DNA from: Candidatus Sumerlaeaceae bacterium
Lineage (GTDB): Bacteria; Sumerlaeota; Sumerlaeia; Sumerlaeales; Sumerlaeaceae
NCBI GenBank assembly: GCA_049968255.1
Contig: JBMFRB010000015.1
Span: forward strand, 1 to 22,132
Direction of reading: 5' to 3'
Length of the DNA: 22,132 nt
This document shows positions 16,360 through 22,132 of this stretch, piece after piece (the stretch's first letter is position 1; each line of letters begins with the position of its first letter). The position numbers and the translations under genes were made by a program. Below the pieces are notes generated by a model. That model did no database searches. It was not told the origin of the DNA and saw nothing but the letters and a program-made list of their open reading frames with translations.

Positions 16360-18048
16360 CTAACGTACAGGCGGCTCCGCCTCACGCGCTCGGTCCCACA
16401 GCCTTAGCCAGAGATTATCCGTGTAGCCGAGCTGCCACATCTCGGCGTAACGATACCACTGCGAGTTTTGCGGCACATAGATGCTGTCGTTGATCGGGGC
16501 AATGGCGCGTATCGGCTTGAGGTCCTCATTGGAATACAGCACGTAAGCGTTCGGCTGTGTCTCAGGCGTACGGTAGTATAGGATATAAAAATCAATGAAG
16601 TTTTGCGAGGCGCCATAGAGCTGCACTCCGAACGCGATCGGCATAAGCATGACAAAGATGAGGCGCCGCACCCGGTTCCAATTGGCAAAAAAGCCAACCG
16701 CCGGAAGCATCACGAACGCGTGCGCCATGAAGATGTGGCGCGGTCCCCAACACCAGCCTCCGGCCCAGTTTTGCCATCGCGAGTGAAAGACAAGCAGAAG
16801 TGCCACAGCCAGCGCGAAACAAAAAGCCAGGCTAGGAATGCGCCGGCCAAAAGTACGCCAGCCCGCAAGGCCGAAAACAATCGCCGGTGAAAAGAGAAAA
16901 ACACTTTTGCCGATGCTCATGAAATAGCCGTAGAGCCCAGCCAACAGGGGGGTGCGAAAGCGGATGCCCTCCGGCTGATCAGCGTAAGCACTAGTGAAGG
17001 GATTGCCGAAATGTAGCCAATTGAGCCAAATGTGCACGGCAGCGAAAATAAGAGGCCCCACACAGAACGCGACCAGCACACAAAGGAATCTGCGCGTCCG
17101 CACATACCGCAGAAGCGCTTGCACGTCGAGCTGGTGTGCGTACAGGTCCCCAGCACTCTCTGTTTCGAGAAACCTAAGGACAAGGTAAAGCCCCAGCGCT
17201 GGAGCCACCACTGCTGAATCAAGACGTGTGAGAAGCGCCAAAGCAAATGCGACGCCGGCGACAAAAGTGCGGCGGATCGACAAGCGTTTCCCACCAAAAA
17301 CCGCAAAAAAGCTGGCAAGGGTAAAGAACGTCGCGAGAGGCTCGGAAAAAAAGGTGCGCGCGTGCGGCAACGCCATCGTGCCAGCGCCATAGGCGAGTGT
17401 GGTTAGCCACGCCACTGCCGTGCTCCGTGGGTTGCTCACCGCGAAGGAGCTAGGGGACGGAGGGTGGGGTACTTGGTGCGCTGCGTTGATTTGATCGCAA
17501 GGGGATACCGCTGGAGGGGGGAGGTCTCCGTTTGCCGGCCCCTTCGCTGAAGACATGCTCTTCTCATCAGCCGCCTGGCAAAAAAAGTAGGCATGGGCGC
17601 GATAGGCAAAGATCCAGAGAAGCGCGCACGTTGCCGCTCCCACAATGCTTCCGAAAAACGACACGGCAAACCGCCGAACAAGCGCCGGACCGGCTTGTCT
17701 TTCGGTCTCGGGCACATACATGACCGTCCGAAACCCCAGCGTTGCCTCGGCTTTTTCCGGCGAGACGTGCCGCGCCGCAAAGTCGCCTAACCAATAAAGA
17801 GGAACCGCAAAAAGCGAGTTTCCGATGCCGTACTGCGCGTATTCCTTGCCGTCCACCCCGCGGCGAGTGGCGAACGAGCGCCCCTGCGGATCGAGCATGG
17901 GTTCCACGCTGAGAGCTCCCCGGCGCGCCAGCGATTCCGTCATGCGGAACATAATTTCCTCGTCTGGCGAGTAAAGGTGCCCGCCACTAGTGGCAACGTA
18001 AAGCGTCAGAAAACCGAAGAGGGCTGCTATCGCATGTCGCCTTATCAT
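16360..18048 (-). CDS. Polytopic membrane protein, probable GT-C-fold glycosyltransferase (PMT/ArnT-like)
   Basis: First TM followed by acidic SPDEE loop motif, YGIGNSL, FFSEPL, TRLD, FGNPF, GKSVFLFSP and WAGGWCWGPRH; many TM helices. Start ATG 18048 or 18096. Confidence 0.72.
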   Translation of the reverse strand: MIRRHAIAALFGFLTLYVATSGGHLYSPDEEIMFRMTESLARRGALSVEPMLDPQGRSFATRRGVDGKEYAQYGIGNSLFAVPLYWLGDFAARHVSPEKAEATLGFRTVMYVPETERQAGPALVRRFAVSFFGSIVGAATCALLWIFAYRAHAYFFCQAADEKSMSSAKGPANGDLPPPAVSPCDQINAAHQVPHPPSPSSFAVSNPRSTAVAWLTTLAYGAGTMALPHARTFFSEPLATFFTLASFFAVFGGKRLSIRRTFVAGVAFALALLTRLDSAVVAPALGLYLVLRFLETESAGDLYAHQLDVQALLRYVRTRRFLCVLVAFCVGPLIFAAVHIWLNWLHFGNPFTSAYADQPEGIRFRTPLLAGLYGYFMSIGKSVFLFSPAIVFGLAGWRTFGRRIPSLAFCFALAVALLLVFHSRWQNWAGGWCWGPRHIFMAHAFVMLPAVGFFANWNRVRRLIFVMLMPIAFGVQLYGASQNFIDFYILYYRTPETQPNAYVLYSNEDLKPIRAIAPINDSIYVPQNSQWYRYAEMWQLGYTDNLWLRLWDRAREAEPPVR

Positions 18049-18607
18049 GACGCGCCACAAAACGCTGCCAAAAGAGGAGCATTTGCAAGTCGTCAATTCA
18101 TGAGGCCCCTAAAAGGTGGTGCGCTCCACGACGGCAAGACGTGCCATTGATACCTTCCCAGCGGTCCCTCTCGCCTCTCGCAGCGCGTCACCAGCATTTG
18201 TCAGAATCGCGCAACGCAGACCCCATCCCCAAGCAAGCCGTAAGGACCGAGAAATACGCGACGCGGTGGGGCAACGCTCGCACCGCGCTTTCGCGCCAAC
18301 ATTTCGATCGTGAGGGGCAAGAGCTCTGAGGCCATTCTGCCTTCTCGCCCGCAATGCCGATCGACATTCCAGACGCGGGTGGGCATGACAAGCCACGTGA
18401 CCGGCAAAAGCCGCTAGAAGCCGCGCCCCTTTCGCCCCAAGGATGCGGGCTGTGGCCATCTTCGCCGCCACAAGCTAGCGCGGTGAGAGCGTACAGGCCC
18501 ACTGGTCCATCAAGCAGAGTCAAGGAAGACGGCTGCTCTCGGGCAAAGTTTCTCGCTCTCGTGGAGGAGCTTCACGTGGCACCGGAAGCAGAACTCATTC
18601 GCGCTGC

Positions 18608-19282
18608 TCACTCATCCTTCTTCTGTTTCTCGGCCGCAGGAGTAGCCTCGGCTGGCTTGGCCTCTTTGACGGCGGGTGCTGGCGTGTTTGTTGGCTGCTT
18701 GCGCACCGCCTCGATGTTTAGCTCGATTTTCACGTCGTTGCCCACGAGCAGTGCTCCATTGTCGAGCACCTTGCTGTAGCTAATACCAAAGTCCTGTCTG
18801 TTGAGGATTGTGCGTCCCTCTACACCTATCCGTTCATTGCCCCATGGGTCTTTGGCCACCCCTAAAAGAGTCGCCTCGATTTCGATCTCTTTCGAGACGC
18901 CGTGCATGACGAGATAGCCCTTCACCGCATACTTGTCGCCTTGTTGGCTGACGTTAGTCGTGCGAAAGCGGATCTCCGGATATTTTGCCACGTCAAAAAA
19001 GTCAGCGCTGCGCAAATGCTCATCGCGCTTTGGCTCGGCCGTATCAATGCTCGCCGCATCAATAACCACGCTGGCTGACGACTGGGTGACGTCGCTTGGG
19101 TTGTACCAAATGCTGCCGCTGTATTTCGTGAAGCGCCCTTTGACGTTGCTCACGCCAAGGTGCCGCACGTTGAACTCGATGCTCGAATGAGCCGGATCAA
19201 TGACATACTCGACCTGCCCCAACGAGGCTGAGGCGCTAAGCCCAATCACGAAAGCAAGGCAAGTGATACGCACGTCCATCAT
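18608..19282 (-). CDS. yceI: YceI-family periplasmic lipid/polyisoprenoid-binding protein
   Basis: SD AAGGAG before ATG 19282; signal peptide; IDPAHSSIEFNVRHLGVSNVKGRF, SIDT..KRDEHLRSADFFDVAKYP, DPWGNERIG, RQDFGI. Confidence 0.93.
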   Translation of the reverse strand: MMDVRITCLAFVIGLSASASLGQVEYVIDPAHSSIEFNVRHLGVSNVKGRFTKYSGSIWYNPSDVTQSSASVVIDAASIDTAEPKRDEHLRSADFFDVAKYPEIRFRTTNVSQQGDKYAVKGYLVMHGVSKEIEIEATLLGVAKDPWGNERIGVEGRTILNRQDFGISYSKVLDNGALLVGNDVKIELNIEAVRKQPTNTPAPAVKEAKPAEATPAAEKQKKDE

Positions 19283-19427
19283 GACGTTTCTCCTTTGCAA
19301 GGACTGAGATGTTTTGGTAACTAAACTCGCCTTATCCGACTTGGCTCTTAGAACCTTGCAACGCAACGTGTGCCGAAGCAGACGAGGCTTGGCCTGCCGC
19401 GCCATATGTGGCTGGGCTGCGCGGTGC

Positions 19428-20327
19428 TCACGTTTGCCCAACCCAATCCGGTCCAGCAACCTCGCGCCAGCGTCGCCGGATCGCTTCGATCTCTTCCTGC
19501 GGTAAGGGACCCGCTGCGAGGGCGCGAGCGTTCTCCGCCCACCGCCCCGGCTTCTTTGTGCCCACGATGGCCGTGTGCACACCGGGCTGACTGAGCGTGA
19601 ACCGCAGCGCTACAGCCACCGCTTCGCCCAAAGGAAGTTTTGTGAAAGCATAGTCGAGCTTGCGCAGCCGCTGCCAGTAAACCGTATGATAGGGCTCGCT
19701 CGGAGGAGTATTGCCATAGCGCCATGCCGCGTTGGCCACCGGCCGTTTCGCGATCACCCCGATCTGGCGCTCACGCGCCCTGGGCAACACAAGATCGATC
19801 GCCTCTTGATCGGCCACATTGATGGAAATCTGCAGTGTGTCGAAGCGCCCGCTGTCGACGGCGAACAGCGCAGCCTGGCCGTCGCCGCTGTAGCCGATGA
19901 AGCGCGTGTAGCCGCGCCGGCGCGCCTCTTCCAGCGCCTCGATCGCCTCACCGGCCTGCAGCACCTCCAGCCCGCAACTGTGCAATTGAACAAGGTCCAC
20001 GTAATCCGTGCGTAGCCGCTTTAGACTGCGCTCGATGCTTGCTAGCAGCGAAGCCTTGGACCAGTCCGCCGAACGGCCATCAAAGTGGCCGCATTTCGTG
20101 AACAGATAGTAATCTTTGCGTCGGTGACTCACGGCGCGACCGATCTTCTCCTCGCTGTCGGGATAGCACTCCGCCGTATCGATCACGTTCAGGCCAGCAT
20201 CCAGAGCTTCATTGAGCAACACCTCGACGTCCGATTGCGGGGCGCCCTCGTAACCAATCTCAGCCCCCCCGAAACCAAGCACACTCACCTCTAAGTCCGT
20301 TCTCCCAAACTTTCGCCGCTCGATCAT
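19428..20327 (-). CDS. Aldo/keto reductase family oxidoreductase
   Basis: RKFGRTDLEVSVLGFGG, IDTAECY, FTKCG, SLKRLRTDYVDLVQLH, giving the catalytic D/Y/K/H tetrad; ATG 20327 preferred over the track's 20549. Confidence 0.93.
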   Translation of the reverse strand: MIERRKFGRTDLEVSVLGFGGAEIGYEGAPQSDVEVLLNEALDAGLNVIDTAECYPDSEEKIGRAVSHRRKDYYLFTKCGHFDGRSADWSKASLLASIERSLKRLRTDYVDLVQLHSCGLEVLQAGEAIEALEEARRRGYTRFIGYSGDGQAALFAVDSGRFDTLQISINVADQEAIDLVLPRARERQIGVIAKRPVANAAWRYGNTPPSEPYHTVYWQRLRKLDYAFTKLPLGEAVAVALRFTLSQPGVHTAIVGTKKPGRWAENARALAAGPLPQEEIEAIRRRWREVAGPDWVGQT

Positions 20328-20761
20328 AAGCTCAATCTCTGTCCTTTGTTCTTCGAAAATGCGTTGTGCGCACACGCTGGGCCCAGGTGCGCGCGAGCAC
20401 TCCCGCACGCAGAAACAGACACAGTCAAGTCCTGTTTTGTTCCGCGAAAAAGCAAAAACAGCCGTGGTGCTTGGCCAGAGATCCGCCTGCCCTTCATTCG
20501 CCCCGTGCCAACTCACAGCTGCCGACAACGTCACCCCTAACCGCACCAAGGTTCAGCCCCGCCAGGAGCTCGCCAAAGCGTCGCGCCCGAGGAACGCGAA
20601 TGCGAAACGTTCCCGCACTTTTACACAAAGAATTTGAGCTGGACGAGCGCCCCGGTGCGGAGTGCGCAGCATCCACGCGCCGTAAAAAAACATGACCTAT
20701 CGAGCACAATCGCCTCGATTAGATGTCTGCATGAGCAGTAATTCTGCGGGGTAAACTCTTT

Positions 20762-22132
20762 ATGCCATTTGACGAGCTCGAGGACATTGCACGCGCAAAA
20801 CGCGAGCGCATCGAAGAGCTACTTGCTAAGCTGGGCGGAACTTTACGCCGCGCCAGTGAGCTCACCGTCCAGCCAGCTCTTTCGGCTAACGTCCCCCTCA
20901 CCGAACTGTTGCCCGATATTCAGCCACACCCCTCAGCACCTGAAGGGCTTCTCCATCGGGTAATCAGGATTCCCATTTCCGACGAATCGGCCCATCCGCG
21001 CGGCTACACTTTTCGCCCACTTCCTCTCTGGGACCACCACACACCCGAGATTGCTAGCGAAACCCTAACTATCCTTGGTTGCGATCCTCCAAGCACGCAG
21101 GACGTCCCTCTCGAGCACATCGCATTTCTCGATACGGAAACCACTGGGCTTTCTGGCGTCACCGGCACTTATGCGTTCCTCGTGGGGATCGGCTATTTTC
21201 GTTTCGACTGGCCGATTGATTTGCCAGCCCCAAGCCACGCCGAGTTCATCTGCGAACAGTTCTTCATGGAGGACTATCCCCATGAGCCGGTGCTGCTGGC
21301 GGCTCTCGCCGAACGATTGCGCCAATTCCGCCTGCTCGTGACCTTCAACGGTGCAGCCTACGACCTCCCTCTTCTCCAGGCGCGCGCCACGCTCAACCGT
21401 ACGCGCCTGCCATTGGAGGGCCCCCACGTGGACTTGCTGCGGCCTGCGCGGCGTATCTGGCGACGGCGAATCGGCTCGTGCGCGCTGGCCTCGCTCGAAC
21501 GCCACGTGCTCGGCATCGCTCGTACCCACGACGTGCCCGGCGCGCTCATCCCCAGCATCTATTTCGATCACCTGCGCGGGCTCGGCCGCGAGCGCCTCGT
21601 GCCCGTCCTCGACCACAATGTGCAAGACATTGTTTCGCTCGGTGCCATCCTCTTGCTCCTGCGCGAAATGGCCATCAATCCCGCCCACCGCAACCTATGC
21701 CACGCTGCCGACACGTTCGGCTTAGCCAACCTTCTCATGGAGGCAGGTGCCGAGGACGCTGCCGCAGCCTATCTCGAGCGTGCCGCCGAGCTCGGTCCCG
21801 ATCCCCAGTGGGCACGCCAATTCGTGAACAAAGCCGTGCGCATGTATCGACGTGCGGGGCGCTCCGAGGAGGGGGCGAAATTCCTCGAAGCACTATGCCG
21901 CCGCGCCGGCCGCCGTCATCCCGAGCTCTTCACTGAGCTCGCTAAGTGGTACGAGCACCAGGTGCGCGCCCCCGACCGCGCGCTCGCAGCCATCGCCGAC
22001 GCCGAGCGCCAAGCCCATTTCCTGCGCAACCTAAGCCAGCTCGACGCCACACAGGCGCTCGCTTGGGACCGCACGCTGCGCGACCTGGCCGCGCGCCGCT
22101 GCCGCCTCGAAAAGCGCGTCTCCAAGCGCCCC
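20762..22132 (+). CDS. RNase H-like (RNase_H_2, YprB/MrfB-like) DEDDh exonuclease with C-terminal TPR-like helices; 3'-partial
   Basis: Hand translation from ATG 20762 is open to the window end: MPFDELEDIARAK...AFLDTETTGLSGVTGTYAFLVGIG...LVTFNGAAYDLPLL...HVDLLRPARRIWRR...LASLERHVLG...DVPGALIPSIYFD...DHNVQDIVSL...ELAKWYEHQ. It is missing from the ORF track, presumably because no stop lies inside the window. Confidence 0.9.
   Translation, partial: MPFDELEDIARAKRERIEELLAKLGGTLRRASELTVQPALSANVPLTELLPDIQPHPSAPEGLLHRVIRIPISDESAHPRGYTFRPLPLWDHHTPEIASETLTILGCDPPSTQDVPLEHIAFLDTETTGLSGVTGTYAFLVGIGYFRFDWPIDLPAPSHAEFICEQFFMEDYPHEPVLLAALAERLRQFRLLVTFNGAAYDLPLLQARATLNRTRLPLEGPHVDLLRPARRIWRRRIGSCALASLERHVLGIARTHDVPGALIPSIYFDHLRGLGRERLVPVLDHNVQDIVSLGAILLLLREMAINPAHRNLCHAADTFGLANLLMEAGAEDAAAAYLERAAELGPDPQWARQFVNKAVRMYRRAGRSEEGAKFLEALCRRAGRRHPELFTELAKWYEHQVRAPDRALAAIADAERQAHFLRNLSQLDATQALAWDRTLRDLAARRCRLEKRVSKRP

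Noticed and set aside
18130-18148. Minus-strand TGGCACG-TC-TTGC sigma54-like motif upstream of the GT-C gene
   Set aside because: The GG-to-GC spacing is 8 nt; sigma54 promoters require 10.
18188-18523. 111-aa ORF with LTALAC lipobox-like segment
   Set aside because: No basic N-region or SD, and the Cys/Trp-scattered composition is typical of non-coding frames.
19283-19582. 100-aa N-terminal extension of YceI in the ORF track
   Set aside because: Overlaps the aldo/keto reductase 3' end; a strong SD and a signal peptide place the start at 19282.
20328-20549. N-terminal extension of the aldo/keto reductase
   Set aside because: Family similarity begins at MIERRKFG; the extension looks like translated intergenic DNA.
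1-22132. CRISPR array, IS/transposase, integrase, tRNA or rRNA
   Set aside because: No regularly spaced repeats, terminal inverted repeats, recombinase motifs or tRNA/rRNA signatures were seen on manual reading.

Overview
Chromosomal, GC-rich bacterial window with no mobile element, CRISPR array, rRNA or tRNA that I can detect. From left to right: (-) an operon of a 116-aa hypothetical gene, a long GlmL/MutL-type actin-like ATPase and a further gene (MAHAY...) running off the left edge; (+) a secreted fasciclin protein with a terminator; (-) dxr; a 1.3-kb gap holding a candidate promoter, structured RNA and terminator unit; (+) smc; (-) an HU/IHF-family gene; (-) a Gld-like ABC operon (ATPase, tiny lipoprotein, permease, GldG-like, DUF4340-like); (-) TPR protein, GT-C-type membrane glycosyltransferase, YceI and aldo/keto reductase; (+) a YprB/MrfB-like DEDDh exonuclease truncated by the right edge and absent from the ORF track. 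The best leads are the mutase-less GlmL-like operon with its ACGA start/stop anomaly, the candidate ncRNA or attenuator upstream of dxr, and a T-[ST]-x-[ST] motif found only in exported proteins near a GT-C enzyme. Family calls come from motif recognition by eye; no searches were run.
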